Source: a bacterium (lineage in GTDB: Bacteria; Patescibacteriota; Minisyncoccia; Portnoybacterales; GWB1-42-6). Taken from it: 64,000 nt of DNA. The DNA lies in assembly GCA_043800535.1 (NCBI GenBank), contig JAZDMV010000026.1:5781-69780 (forward strand), given 5' to 3'. The notes under the pieces are model-generated. The model searched no databases, was not told the DNA's origin, and saw nothing but the letters and a program-made list of their open reading frames with translations. The position numbers and the translations under genes are program-made. Of this stretch, positions 26,653 to 36,971 are shown piece after piece. How positions within the stretch are numbered: position 1 is the first letter of the stretch; the number at the start of each line of letters is the position of its first letter.

Positions 26653-27294
26653 ATGGTTATTGTCTGGTATGGACAGTCATGTTTTAAAATACAGAGCGGT
26701 GATACGATTTTGTTTACTGACCCTTTTGACAAAAGCGTTGGCTTGACTCCGCCGCGAGGGCAAGCAGATATCGTCACAATCTCACATCACCATTATGACC
26801 ACGACAACGCCGAGGCATTGAACAGCAGCGGGCCTTTTATTATTGATGGTCCTGGCGAGTACGAAATAAAAGGTGTAAATATCGCAGGGCTTAAAACTTT
26901 TCATGACGATGAGCAAGGGAAAGAACGGGGTGACAGCACCGCCTATGTTATAGAGATGGAAGGCATAAAAATTTGCCATCTGGGAGATATCGGGCAGACA
27001 AAACTGACGAACGAACAGCTTGAAATAATTGATGGGGTTGATGTTCTGATGATCCCTGTTGGCGGCACATATACGGTTAACGGCGAAGACGCGGTTGGCC
27101 TGATAAACCAGATTGAGCCCAAAATCGTTATCCCCATGCATTACAAAATTAGCGGGCTTTCGATTAAACTGGACGGGGTGGAGGAATTTCTGAAAGAGAT
27201 GGGAATTTCCAAAAAAGAGGCGGTTGATAAGCTGACCATCAAGAAAAAAGAACTGCCGCAAGAAGAGACGCAGGTGATGGTGATGAAAATATAG
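26653..27294 (+). CDS. MBL-fold metallo-hydrolase
   Basis: WYGQSCF, DPF, SHHHYDH, HLGD, IPMHY. Confidence 0.93.
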   Translation: MVIVWYGQSCFKIQSGDTILFTDPFDKSVGLTPPRGQADIVTISHHHYDHDNAEALNSSGPFIIDGPGEYEIKGVNIAGLKTFHDDEQGKERGDSTAYVIEMEGIKICHLGDIGQTKLTNEQLEIIDGVDVLMIPVGGTYTVNGEDAVGLINQIEPKIVIPMHYKISGLSIKLDGVEEFLKEMGISKKEAVDKLTIKKKELPQEETQVMVMKI

Positions 27295-27386
27295 AATCCT
27301 ACTAAATTACGAATTTATTACAAATTTTACGAATATGTATTTTTGGATATTGGTAATATTCGTAAAGATTAGTAAATTAGTAGAGC

Positions 27387-27788
27387 ATGCTGGTTGACTT
27401 TCTTGAAAATCTGCAGAACAAGCCCAAAAGGACGCGGGTCTTGATCCTTTGGGCAGGAACGGCCATTTTTATGACCATTCTTTTTGTTTTGTGGGCGTGG
27501 ACTTTTGATTCGGGCGTCCAGGAGCAAAGCAAGGCAGGTTCCGCAGCGGTGAGCGAAGGCGCCAAAGCAGTTTCTGACGTGAAAGAAGAAATTCCGAGTT
27601 TGTGGGAAAGTCTGAAGGCAGGAGTTCAGGATATATTGAAATCAGAAAACGTAGATCAGGGACAAATTGAGGCCGGGACAAACACGTCAGCCGCCCCCGA
27701 TAATTCGGCGCAGCCAAAAACAGAAGTTGAAAGCCCCGCGCCGTCAGGGGCAACGCAAGAAACAGTGCCGGCGTCGCCATTGCCCTGA
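27387..27788 (+). CDS. hypothetical membrane-anchored protein
   Basis: single TM then low-complexity tail. Confidence 0.7.
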   Translation: MLVDFLENLQNKPKRTRVLILWAGTAIFMTILFVLWAWTFDSGVQEQSKAGSAAVSEGAKAVSDVKEEIPSLWESLKAGVQDILKSENVDQGQIEAGTNTSAAPDNSAQPKTEVESPAPSGATQETVPASPLP

Positions 27789-27799
27789 GTAAAGAATAT

Positions 27800-27882
27800 A
27801 GATTTATGATTTATGATTTATGATTTAAGATTTAAGAATGTCAGAATTTATTCTTAATTCTTAAATCTGTATTCTTAAATCT
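27800..27882. repeat. inverted periodic 7-mer repeat before gyrA
   Basis: (GATTTAT)3(GATTTAA)2 facing TTCTTAA/CTTAAAT units. Confidence 0.8.
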
Positions 27883-27887
27883 TTTTT

Positions 27888-30359
27888 ATGGAGCTAGGAA
27901 AAATTAAGCCAAGAGAAATAACAGACGAACTTAAAGAGTCGTATCTGGATTACGCAATGTCTGTTATTGTCGGCCGCGCCCTGCCTGACGTTAGGGACGG
28001 CTTGAAGCCGGTTCACCGCCGGATTCTTTACGCAATGTGGGATATGGGCCTGCGTTCAACCGCCAAATTGAGAAAGTCGGCTACGGTGGTGGGCGAAACT
28101 TTGGGCAAGTATCATCCTCATGGAGACGTGGCGGTTTATGACACGCTGGTGCGATTGGCGCAGGATTTTGCTATGCGCTATCCGCTTGTTCAGGGCCAAG
28201 GCAACTTTGGCTCAGTTGACGGCGATACTGCTGCGGCCATGCGTTATACCGAATGCCGTTTGACTCCGCTGGCCGAAGAAATGCTGGCCGACATTGATAA
28301 GGATACGGTCAACTGGGTAGACAATTATGACGGTACGCGACAGGAGCCGACTGTCCTGCCTGCCAAGGTTCCGCAGCTTCTATTAAACGGTTCTTTGGGC
28401 ATCGCTGTTGGTATGGCCACAAGCATCCCACCGCATAATTTGGGCGAACTGGTTGACGCAATGGCGCATCTGGTTAACCACCCCAAAGCGACAACCGACG
28501 ATTTACTCAAATTCGTTAAAGGCCCGGATTTCCCGACCGGCGGAGCGATCTATGACCGCGATGCGGTTGCTCAGGTTTATTCAACGGGCAAAGGGCCAAT
28601 AATTAATCGCGGCATTGCCAAGGTTGAGGAAGGCAAAAAGGAGCATTTTCAGATTTTAATTACGGAAATTCCTTACCAGGTTAATAAAGCGGCAATGCTT
28701 GAAAAAATCGCGGATCTTGTGAAGGAGAAAAAGCTGGAAGGCATAAAAGACATAAGAGACGAGTCGTCGCGTGAAGGATTAAGGGTCATTATTGAGCTTA
28801 AACAGGATGCCTATCCGCAAAAAATTCTGAATCGTTTATACAAGCTGACTGATTTGCAGCGGACATTCCATGTCAACTTGCTGGGCCTGGTTGACGGTCT
28901 GCAGCCGCAGGTGCTTCCGCTAAAAGACATTTTGGAACAGTATATCGGCCATCGCAAAGAAGTGGTGATGCGGCGGACGCAGTTTGACTTGGCGCGAGCC
29001 AAAGAGCGGGCGCATATTCTTGAGGGTTTGAAAAAGGCGCTTGACCATATTGACGCGATAATCTCAACCATCAAAAAATCGGGGACAAAAGAAGAGGCGC
29101 ATAAAAATCTTTGTTCTAAATTTAGGTTTTCGGACGCGCAGACAACGGCTATTTTGGAAATGCGCCTGCAGACCTTAGCCGGGCTTGAACGGCAGAAGAT
29201 AGAGGATGAGTTTCGTGAAAAAATGAAGCTGATAAAAGAGCTTGAGGCAATTTTGAAAGACCCGCAGAAAGTGCTTTTGGTTATTGAAAAAGAGCTTGCG
29301 GCGATGAAAGAAAAATACGGAGACGAGCGCAAAACAAAAGTTTTTGTTTCGCCGGTAGGGGAATTCAAGGAAGAAGATTTTGTGGCGGAAGAAGAATGCA
29401 TCATTACTCTGACCCAGGGCGGCTATATAAAGCGCATTAATCCTAAAAACTACAAGGCCCAGAGGCGCGGAGGCAAGGGGATGATAGGAATGACAACGCG
29501 CGAAGAGGACGCAGCAGCCCACCTTGCCTGCGTTTCAACTCATGACAATCTTCTTTTCTTTACAAACACCGGCCGCGTTTTCCAAACCAAGGCCTATGAA
29601 ATTGCCGAAGGCAGCCGGGTAGCCAGGGGACAGGCTATCGTCAACTTTTTGCAGCTTGCGCCTGCTGAGCGCGTAACGGCGCTTGTCCCGACAAAGGAAC
29701 TGCTCAAAAACCTGAAGAAAAATGGCAGCGAAGCCGTTGAGGATAACTTTTTGGTCATGGCTACCAGAAATGGTATAATTAAAAAAACTCGAATTGCCGA
29801 TTTTGCCAATGTCAGGCGTTCGGGCTTAATTGTCATCACTCTTAAAAAAGGAGATGAGCTTTATTGGGCTAAGGCAACGAGCGGACAGGATGAGATATTT
29901 TTGGTGACCGCAAAAGGCCAGAGCATCCATTTTAAAGAAAAAGACGTGCGGCCAATGGGCCGTTCGGCTGGTGGCGTGCGCGGAATTTCTGTTAAAAAGG
30001 GCGATGAAGTTGTGAGCATGCAAGTTATCAGGGCAAAATTGAGAAGTGAGAACGTAAAAATGGAGCTTTTGGTTGTCAGCGAAAACGGTTTTGGTAAAAA
30101 AACCGATATAAAACAATTTAAAATACAGCACCGCGGCGGTTCGGGCATTAAGGCCTCGCAGGTGACAACAAAAACGGGCAAGCTTGTTATGGCGGAAATT
30201 TTAGAGCCGGGCCAGGAGGATCTGATTGCAATTTCAGCCAAGGGGCAGGTGATACGTACTTCTTTGGGCGACGTTTCGCTTTTAGGCCGGGCAACACAGG
30301 GCGTAAGGATTATGCGGCTTGAGGCCGGCGATAAAGTGGCGTCGGTGGCGTGTATTTAA
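27888..30359 (+). CDS. gyrA: DNA gyrase subunit A
   Basis: DGLKPVHRR, YHPHGD, AAMRYTE, GyrA-box QRRGGKG. Confidence 0.99.
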   Translation: MELGKIKPREITDELKESYLDYAMSVIVGRALPDVRDGLKPVHRRILYAMWDMGLRSTAKLRKSATVVGETLGKYHPHGDVAVYDTLVRLAQDFAMRYPLVQGQGNFGSVDGDTAAAMRYTECRLTPLAEEMLADIDKDTVNWVDNYDGTRQEPTVLPAKVPQLLLNGSLGIAVGMATSIPPHNLGELVDAMAHLVNHPKATTDDLLKFVKGPDFPTGGAIYDRDAVAQVYSTGKGPIINRGIAKVEEGKKEHFQILITEIPYQVNKAAMLEKIADLVKEKKLEGIKDIRDESSREGLRVIIELKQDAYPQKILNRLYKLTDLQRTFHVNLLGLVDGLQPQVLPLKDILEQYIGHRKEVVMRRTQFDLARAKERAHILEGLKKALDHIDAIISTIKKSGTKEEAHKNLCSKFRFSDAQTTAILEMRLQTLAGLERQKIEDEFREKMKLIKELEAILKDPQKVLLVIEKELAAMKEKYGDERKTKVFVSPVGEFKEEDFVAEEECIITLTQGGYIKRINPKNYKAQRRGGKGMIGMTTREEDAAAHLACVSTHDNLLFFTNTGRVFQTKAYEIAEGSRVARGQAIVNFLQLAPAERVTALVPTKELLKNLKKNGSEAVEDNFLVMATRNGIIKKTRIADFANVRRSGLIVITLKKGDELYWAKATSGQDEIFLVTAKGQSIHFKEKDVRPMGRSAGGVRGISVKKGDEVVSMQVIRAKLRSENVKMELLVVSENGFGKKTDIKQFKIQHRGGSGIKASQVTTKTGKLVMAEILEPGQEDLIAISAKGQVIRTSLGDVSLLGRATQGVRIMRLEAGDKVASVACI

Positions 30360-30394
30360 AGGGCTTTGTTCCCGCTAAGCGGGATAACAAAACC

Positions 30395-30501
30395 TTTACC
30401 CCGCCCTCTATGCTGTCTGATGGACAAAAGCGGTAATTCTTCAACAATTAACCTGTTTGATATCTTTAAAGTATATCCGTCAGCTTAGAGGGCGGGGTGC
30501 T
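30395..30501. mobile_element. CCCC...GGGG inverted-repeat mini-element
   Basis: ACCCCGCCCTCTAtGCTG ... CAGCtTAGAGGGCGGGGT. Confidence 0.72.
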
Positions 30502-30562
30502 CATTGTTGTAGCTAAATTCATTTCGCTACGCAATGTGCTCCGCTCATAAATTTAGACAACA

Positions 30563-31102
30563 ATGGCAGGGACCGAAGGTTTTCTGAATCCACAGAAGGT
30601 TTTAGACCAGCTTGAAGTTAAGAGCGGCTGGCGTATCGGACACTTTGGCTGCGGCCATGGTTATTTTACTATTCCTATGGCATCTCTGGTTGGCGGGGAA
30701 GGCGTGATTTTTGCAATTGATATTTTGCAGGATGCCCTGGATGAAGTTCGTTCCAAAGCCGAGGAGGGCAATTTAAAAAATATAGAAACAGTGAGAGGAA
30801 ATCTGGAATTGGTTGGCGGGTCAAAACTAAAAAGCGATTCCTGCGATATGGTTTTATTGGCCAACATTCTGTTTGAATCGCAGAAAAAAGAGGATATTGT
30901 TAAAGAAGCCTCCAGGGTGCTTAAGGCGGGAGGAGAGGTAGTGATAATTGACTGGGCAAACGGCGCGGGGCTGACTTCTGACAGTGGCTGGCGCATTTCG
31001 GCCCAGCAGGCACAGGCGCTGGCGGAAAGTCAGAATTTCAAACTTGAAAAAAAATTTGACGCGGGGGGATATCATTATGGTCTTGTTTTGCGCAAATTCT
31101 AA
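30563..31102 (+). CDS. class I SAM-dependent methyltransferase
   Basis: HFGCGHG, AIDI, RVLKAGG...IIDW. Confidence 0.9.
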   Translation: MAGTEGFLNPQKVLDQLEVKSGWRIGHFGCGHGYFTIPMASLVGGEGVIFAIDILQDALDEVRSKAEEGNLKNIETVRGNLELVGGSKLKSDSCDMVLLANILFESQKKEDIVKEASRVLKAGGEVVIIDWANGAGLTSDSGWRISAQQAQALAESQNFKLEKKFDAGGYHYGLVLRKF

Positions 31103-31112
31103 AATATTTTTA

Positions 31113-32510
31113 ATGCCGCTAAGCCAAAATAAAATAAAAACGGATAAAAAAACTATGGCGCTCAAAATTTTTGCGCCTATGGTTATTTTTTCTTTGTTCG
31201 GTACTTTAACCGCCGCGTTTCCGGGCTGTTCAAGCGACCCGAAAAAGGGGAGCGCTGAATTGGTTGTCTGGAATGTTTTTGACGACACGGATGTTTTTAA
31301 GCCCCTGATTGATCAATTCAAAAAAGAATACCCGAAAGTCAAAATAACGTATTATAAAAAGCCGGTTGAATCCTATGAGCAGGATCTGATAAATGCTTTG
31401 GCTGCGGGAAGAGGGCCTGATATTTTCGCGGTTCATAATACATGGCTGGCCAAACACGGCGACAAAATCACGCCGATGAAAACGAGTTCTTCCATAGGGG
31501 AGGAAACAATGACAGTCAAGGAATTCCGTGACAGTTTTGTTGACGTGGCGGCCCAGGATTTTGTTCTGGCGCCGCAGGACGCGCAGGGGAATGTTTATCC
31601 GGAACAAATTTATGGTATACCTCTCTATATTGACACGCTCGCGCTTTTTTGGAACAAGGACATTTTTAATTCCGAAGACATTGCCGAGCCGCCAAAGGAC
31701 TGGAATGAATTCAGCACAATGGTTGAGAAACTGACAAAAAAAGATGAAAGCGGAAATATTTTGCGGGCGGGGGCCGCGATCGGTACGTCCCAAAATATCA
31801 ACCGAGCAAGTGACATTTTGCAGCTTATTATGATGCAGCACGGCACAGAGATGGTAAATCTGAAAAGGGGGGAAGCGAGTTTTAATAAGCCGGTCGTGGC
31901 TAGCGGCCAGTCATATAATTCGGGTCTGGAATCGCTTAGATTCTATACCGACTTTGCCAATCCAAATAAAAAAAGCTACACCTGGAATAACAATATGGAT
32001 TATTCAATTGACGCTTTTGCTGAAGGCAAGGTGGCCATGATGATAAATTATTCTTATCATATCGCGACAATCCAGGCCAAACAGCCGCACATGAGATTCG
32101 GGATCGCGCCAATACCCCAGCCGCGCGACGCAAGCGTTGAAGTTAACTACCCTTTATATTGGGGGCTGAGCGTTTCTTCAAGCGCTTCGGCCAATAACGC
32201 GACATACGCCTGGATTTTCTTAAAGTGGCTGGCGCAAAGAGACAAGGCAAGCCAATATATGGAATTAAGCGGCCGGCCAGCCAGCCGTCGTGACTTGGCG
32301 CAGGAACAGCAGAATGATGTCATGCTTGGCGCTTTTGCGCGGCAGGCGTTGTCGGCCCGTTCCTGGTATCAGGTTGACGAAACAAACGTAGCGAAAGTTT
32401 TTAATGATATGATTGACGCGGTAGTCAGCGGGAAAGAAACAGTTGAACAGGCAATCAGCCGAGGGGCAAACGAAGTGACAGTATTAATGCAAAAAAGTCC
32501 AGGGCAATGA
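31113..32510 (+). CDS. extracellular solute-binding (sugar ABC-type) lipoprotein
   Basis: lipobox-like FPGC, GPDIF, YGIP...DTLALFWNKD, F..GKVAMM; start uncertain (31113 or 31155). Confidence 0.88.
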   Translation: MPLSQNKIKTDKKTMALKIFAPMVIFSLFGTLTAAFPGCSSDPKKGSAELVVWNVFDDTDVFKPLIDQFKKEYPKVKITYYKKPVESYEQDLINALAAGRGPDIFAVHNTWLAKHGDKITPMKTSSSIGEETMTVKEFRDSFVDVAAQDFVLAPQDAQGNVYPEQIYGIPLYIDTLALFWNKDIFNSEDIAEPPKDWNEFSTMVEKLTKKDESGNILRAGAAIGTSQNINRASDILQLIMMQHGTEMVNLKRGEASFNKPVVASGQSYNSGLESLRFYTDFANPNKKSYTWNNNMDYSIDAFAEGKVAMMINYSYHIATIQAKQPHMRFGIAPIPQPRDASVEVNYPLYWGLSVSSSASANNATYAWIFLKWLAQRDKASQYMELSGRPASRRDLAQEQQNDVMLGAFARQALSARSWYQVDETNVAKVFNDMIDAVVSGKETVEQAISRGANEVTVLMQKSPGQ

Positions 32511-32932
32511 AAACATATAAAAAAATCGTTATTTTTTCATTTCTTGTTTCTTGTTTCCTGTTTTTTTTCTTGCCTCTTTTGGCGCAGGGCCGCATCGTGC
32601 CCGAATGCATAGGCACGGACGGCAAGGCCGGGCCTTGCGAGCTTTGCGATTTTTTCAAGCTTCTCAAAAACATTTTTAATTTTATCGCTTTTAACCTGGC
32701 GCCGCCTCTGGCCGGATTTCTATTTTTGCTGGCGGGATTCTTTTTTCTGACTTCCGGCGGTTCGGAAGATCAGGCCAAACGCGCCAAAAAGATCTTTACC
32801 GATACTGTCATTGGTCTGGTCATAATTTTTACCTCTTGGCTTATTGTCAACAGCATTATTCAGATAATAGGCAAGAATGTGGATGGTTTTCAGAAAGAAA
32901 CGTGGTATGATTTTAAGTGTACTAATAACTAA
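32507..32932 (+). CDS. TrbC/VirB2-like pilin
   Basis: signal peptide, C..C pair, TM-TSGGSE..AKK-TM. Confidence 0.8.
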   Translation: MKTYKKIVIFSFLVSCFLFFFLPLLAQGRIVPECIGTDGKAGPCELCDFFKLLKNIFNFIAFNLAPPLAGFLFLLAGFFFLTSGGSEDQAKRAKKIFTDTVIGLVIIFTSWLIVNSIIQIIGKNVDGFQKETWYDFKCTNN

Positions 32933-32936
32933 GCGT

Positions 32937-33320
32937 ATGAATCAAAAAACAAAGAGATTCTTTTTCCCGCTTTTTCTTTTATGTGTTTTAGCGATTATTT
33001 TTATTGCTCCAGTAAAAGGAGCAACGACTGCTGGCGGCGGTTGCGTAGAAGGAGGCGAGGGCCTGCAGAATCCTTTAACCGCCTGTTCTTTTGAGGAGCT
33101 GGTTAAAGACATTGCCACTTGGTTTTATTACATTATGATCCCAATTTCCGCGATTATGGTTTTGTATGCCGGCGCGCTTTTTATGACTTCGGCCGGCAAC
33201 GAGGAAAGAATTGCCAAAGCCAAGCGGGCGCTTCTTTGGGCGATTGTCGGAGTGGCTATAATCCTTATCAACTACGGCTTCATTGATTTGATAAAAAGTT
33301 TTTTGGAAACAAATAAATAA
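32937..33320 (+). CDS. TrbC/VirB2-like pilin
   Basis: LQNPL, TM-MTSAGNEE.I.KAK..L.WA.VG-TM. Confidence 0.85.
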   Translation: MNQKTKRFFFPLFLLCVLAIIFIAPVKGATTAGGGCVEGGEGLQNPLTACSFEELVKDIATWFYYIMIPISAIMVLYAGALFMTSAGNEERIAKAKRALLWAIVGVAIILINYGFIDLIKSFLETNK

Positions 33321-33370
33321 TATATAAAAATTAATTTAAAAAATCCCGCAGAAGGAGGCGAGCAAATAAT

Positions 33371-33706
33371 ATGAAAAAGATCAAATATATTGTGGCAGGT
33401 TTAATAGCGCAATTGACGCCTTTGGCGGCTTTGGCCGCAAGTAATCCAGAGATCCCGCAAGTGACCTTAACCAAAGAAACAATCCGCACTTTGATAGAGA
33501 ACTTCGCCAGTTATTTTTCCGGAATCATTGGCGTGCTCGGCATTTTAACGCTACTTTACGCCGCCTTCTTGTATATGACCGCGGCGGGGAATGATGAAAC
33601 AATAAGCAAGGCAAAGAATGTTTTTATCTGGGGGCTGATAGGTGTTGCGACGGCGCTTATTGCGTTTGGCATATTTGATATGGTTCAGAGCTTCTTAACG
33701 GTATAA
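33371..33706 (+). CDS. TrbC/VirB2-like pilin
   Basis: strong SD; YAAFLYMTAAGNDE..SKAK...IWG.IG. Confidence 0.85.
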   Translation: MKKIKYIVAGLIAQLTPLAALAASNPEIPQVTLTKETIRTLIENFASYFSGIIGVLGILTLLYAAFLYMTAAGNDETISKAKNVFIWGLIGVATALIAFGIFDMVQSFLTV

Positions 33707-33791
33707 GAGCAAATTTTTTGGCCGAAAAATTTGATATTAAATTAATTAAGTAATTTAGATATTTTTATTTGAAAGGAGGTGAATTGGTGAG

Positions 33792-34130
33792 ATGAAAAAA
33801 ATTAAATACTTGGGAGTGGCTTTGATTGCGCAATTGACACCTTTGGCGGTTTTTGCCGCAGCGCCGACATCAGGCATTCCGCAGGTTGGCTTGGACAAAC
33901 AGAAAATTGCGGACCTAATAAGTGGGTTTGCTACTTATTTTTCAGGCATTATCGGAGTGCTTGGCATTTTGGTTCTGCTTTACGCCGCTTTCTTATATAT
34001 GACCGCGGGAGGCAACGATGAAAAGGTCAGCAAAGCCAAAAGTACTTTTATCTATGGTTTGGTTGGCGTAGGCGTAGCAATTTTGGCGTTTGGCGTGTTC
34101 AACTTGGTGTCCAGCTTTCTTACGGCGTAA
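33792..34130 (+). CDS. TrbC/VirB2-like pilin, paralog of 33371-33706
   Basis: strong SD AAAGGAGGTG; YAAFLYMTAGGNDEKVSKAK. Confidence 0.85.
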   Translation: MKKIKYLGVALIAQLTPLAVFAAAPTSGIPQVGLDKQKIADLISGFATYFSGIIGVLGILVLLYAAFLYMTAGGNDEKVSKAKSTFIYGLVGVGVAILAFGVFNLVSSFLTA

Positions 34131-34281
34131 TAAAAAGAAAATATTTTTTGGAAAAAAAGAAGCTAACGGATTTTGCGTTGTCGTTTAGACATTCACAGCC
34201 GTTAGCTTTTTGGTCGTCTGTAAAAAAATTGGCCAGAGAAAAAATTTATCTTTTCTCTGGCCGTTGATGTTGGAAGAACAG

Positions 34282-35394
34282 TTACCCTCGGGGCGTCAAA
34301 TAAACAGTAACGACGCTTTCCGGGCCTATGAACCGCACGCCCCGCAGCCCGATTTCGTTGATGAGGCGTTGGGTTGAAGGATCGCCGATATGGCAGATAA
34401 CCTCGCCTCGGCTATCAATGATTTTGACCGTTTCGGGTCCGTCGATTTTAAAGTCGAAGCAGCGAGAATCAATTGATAGTTTTTCGGATAGCCTGTCGGG
34501 TCTTACTTCAAATAGGGAGGGTTTGGTTTCGTAAATCCGTTTGGGCTGCGCTGTTTGTGCTCCTGGAGTGGATTTTGCGGATTTATCGCTATAATCTTTT
34601 TTTAGCTCTTCTGCACCAGCTTTTATATCGGGCCAGAGGAAGAGAATTGTGCCAACTACTAAAGCGATGACCAGGAATGTCGAGCCGGCTCCTACAAAAA
34701 TCTTTTTGCCCGGCATTTTTGGTATGGCGCTGATAAAGAGTGCGGCTATTCCAATCAGGCCGAGCAGAACCAGCTTTCCGCCGAGGGACTTTTTGAGGGA
34801 TGTCACGACGTTTTGTGCCTTATCGTACAGGGCTGGTTCTTGGTCTTGTCGCGACTGTCCTTTTTTGATGAAATCAGATGCTTGTTGCCGCCAGCGAATA
34901 CGGTCTTCTATCTCTTGCCGGAGTGCTTTGTCGGTTGTAACCACTTGTTCGTAGGTGATGCGACTAGCCTCGTAGTTGTCCTGGAGTTCCTTATACTTTT
35001 TGTTAAAGTACGCGGCTGATATTTTATCCTCATGATTGCTCCAGCGGCGAAATACCGTAAGTTCTTCTAATCCATTGGGCCGGATTTTTTCCGCTGTCTG
35101 GATGTCATTCCATACACCGCGTTGTTCAACCGCCTCTTTTGTCCGAGGCGGCAATTTTTTTGTCAGCGCGGACATAGTAAGCGGCAAGCCGATTGATATT
35201 ATCGCCCAAATGATGAAAACTTTGGACAAGGGATTCAATTTCGTGTCCGGAATCATTTGAAGCAGTGCCAGACCGGCTCCCAGGGAAACGATGCCAATGG
35301 CGACCCAAAAGTTGTCAACAAGCCCGGCAATTCGGAAAAAGATTAATAATGGGATTGCCGCCAAAAACCACCACCATTTTATCGCTTTGTTCAT
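34282..35394 (-). CDS. hypothetical multi-pass membrane protein
   Basis: about five hydrophobic segments; ATGA overlap with upstream gene. Confidence 0.75.
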   Translation of the reverse strand: MNKAIKWWWFLAAIPLLIFFRIAGLVDNFWVAIGIVSLGAGLALLQMIPDTKLNPLSKVFIIWAIISIGLPLTMSALTKKLPPRTKEAVEQRGVWNDIQTAEKIRPNGLEELTVFRRWSNHEDKISAAYFNKKYKELQDNYEASRITYEQVVTTDKALRQEIEDRIRWRQQASDFIKKGQSRQDQEPALYDKAQNVVTSLKKSLGGKLVLLGLIGIAALFISAIPKMPGKKIFVGAGSTFLVIALVVGTILFLWPDIKAGAEELKKDYSDKSAKSTPGAQTAQPKRIYETKPSLFEVRPDRLSEKLSIDSRCFDFKIDGPETVKIIDSRGEVICHIGDPSTQRLINEIGLRGVRFIGPESVVTVYLTPRG

Positions 35395-35975
35395 TTTTTT
35401 CCTCCTCTCGTCAGCGTATCCGCAACTACTGCTGCGAAGAATTCACGGATGAAAATGCGGATTTGTTCAATAATTTTGGAGATCACGCCTTCTGATACGC
35501 TTGTTTTACTCTTTTCACCGAGCTTTATTTTCGGTCGTTCTCCTTCGGTAGGAGAAAGCTCTTCTTCTCCTCCCTCTTTTTCTGTAATTAGCCGTTTGGT
35601 CCTTTCCCAGGCCGCATGAGCTTCGTCTCGAAAAGCAATCGGAACATAGATTATGCTCCAGATAAGGAGAAGAAGCCAAAAGGCCCATACTATCCACCGA
35701 AACACATTCCACAGCCAGCCCACTAATTCGCTAAATGAACCAGTAAATCCGGCTATTTCGCGGTCGGTGCCAAATTTTCCTTTATACTCTAAGTTATAAT
35801 ACTTTTGAGCGGTTTCTGACATCGATGAATTGCTATCAGGGGCGCCAAGCCCGAAAACGATCAGGTTGGCAAGAAGAATAACGACCACAGCTATCCAGCA
35901 AACAAGCAGCCGGGTGTTGTTGTTCGTCAAAAACGAAATGACGAACCAGCGGCATATATCTTTTATCCATCTCAT
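35391..35975 (-). CDS. hypothetical membrane protein
   Basis: two TM regions; ATGA overlap coupling. Confidence 0.75.
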   Translation of the reverse strand: MRWIKDICRWFVISFLTNNNTRLLVCWIAVVVILLANLIVFGLGAPDSNSSMSETAQKYYNLEYKGKFGTDREIAGFTGSFSELVGWLWNVFRWIVWAFWLLLLIWSIIYVPIAFRDEAHAAWERTKRLITEKEGGEEELSPTEGERPKIKLGEKSKTSVSEGVISKIIEQIRIFIREFFAAVVADTLTRGGKK

Positions 35976-36700
35976 TTCATTACCTCCTTGTTTTTGAGCA
36001 ACTTCGCTTGTTTGACAGCGCGTCCTATAACTTGCCAGATGCTGCCTTGCAGATCACTGTCCGTGGCAACTGGAATTTTAGGTGCTCTGCGTTTTTGCGG
36101 TCCGTAGAGCGTCAAGGTTTCCACCAATTCTCCTACGTGGATTTGTATTTTTTTCTCTTCTTCTTGGAAAATAATTTCTGGAAACGGCATGATTGTCCCA
36201 TCGCTATTAGTGTGATGGTTTTCTATTTCTATCAACACCAACTGATTATTGATGGGTTGGCCATCTTCGGCAAAAACAAAAACAATAATTTTGTAATTGC
36301 CGTCTTTACCTTCAGCGCGGGCGACGAGTTTATGTGGCCGCGGCTTGGTTGATTTTTTATGTTCCGGCCAGGGCAAAGTTTTGGATTTTTTTTGCTCGAC
36401 CTTATAGTCGCCGGTAGTCATTACCTTCACCAAAACGGCGACAGCTTTTGTCTCGTAGGGGATGGTCGCTGTGAGCGTTCCATCTTCCGAATCAGTGTCT
36501 TCGGAAGATGTTTCGCGTCCGCCTACACAGAATTTGACGCTTTCCGATACGCGGCGGCCGCCTCGCTTTGTTGTCGCGGTGGCCACTATTTCAAACTTCC
36601 CTTCGCCCTTTTCGTTAATGCCTAAAAAGGCGATAGAATCAACGTCCAGCTCAACGCGGAGCTGATTCTCTTTTTGACGCCATTTCCCTTTGTTTTCCAT
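35972..36700 (-). CDS. hypothetical protein, beta-rich (Ig-like?)
   Basis: SD AAAGGAGG; two repeats ending TDSEDG / TNSDG. Confidence 0.7.
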   Translation of the reverse strand: MENKGKWRQKENQLRVELDVDSIAFLGINEKGEGKFEIVATATTKRGGRRVSESVKFCVGGRETSSEDTDSEDGTLTATIPYETKAVAVLVKVMTTGDYKVEQKKSKTLPWPEHKKSTKPRPHKLVARAEGKDGNYKIIVFVFAEDGQPINNQLVLIEIENHHTNSDGTIMPFPEIIFQEEEKKIQIHVGELVETLTLYGPQKRRAPKIPVATDSDLQGSIWQVIGRAVKQAKLLKNKEVMK

Positions 36701-36971
36701 TTTATCCTCCTTTCGTCATATAGCCATATCTTGAATTTTCCGTATTTTTAGTCCCGCAGTTGCGGGGCGTTATTAGGTTGTCAAAGAATATATATTTAAA
36801 CCGGCTTTTTCAGCCAAATAGATGGCTATACTCCAAAAAGGAGAGACGGATAGTATATTATAGCAAGTTTATCGGATTTGTCAAGCTTTTGCGCTCCTGA
36901 ATATTTAATTGACTTTTATGTCAGATGCCCTACAATTAATAAGAAGCTTTAACTCTATAATCTAATTTAGC

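Noticed and set aside
27800-27882. Periodic repeats as a CRISPR array
   Set aside because: 7-8 bp units without spacers and no cas genes
32507-34130. Conjugative element or prophage
   Set aside because: No relaxase, VirB4, integrase or phage structural genes; the pilins lie among chromosomal genes
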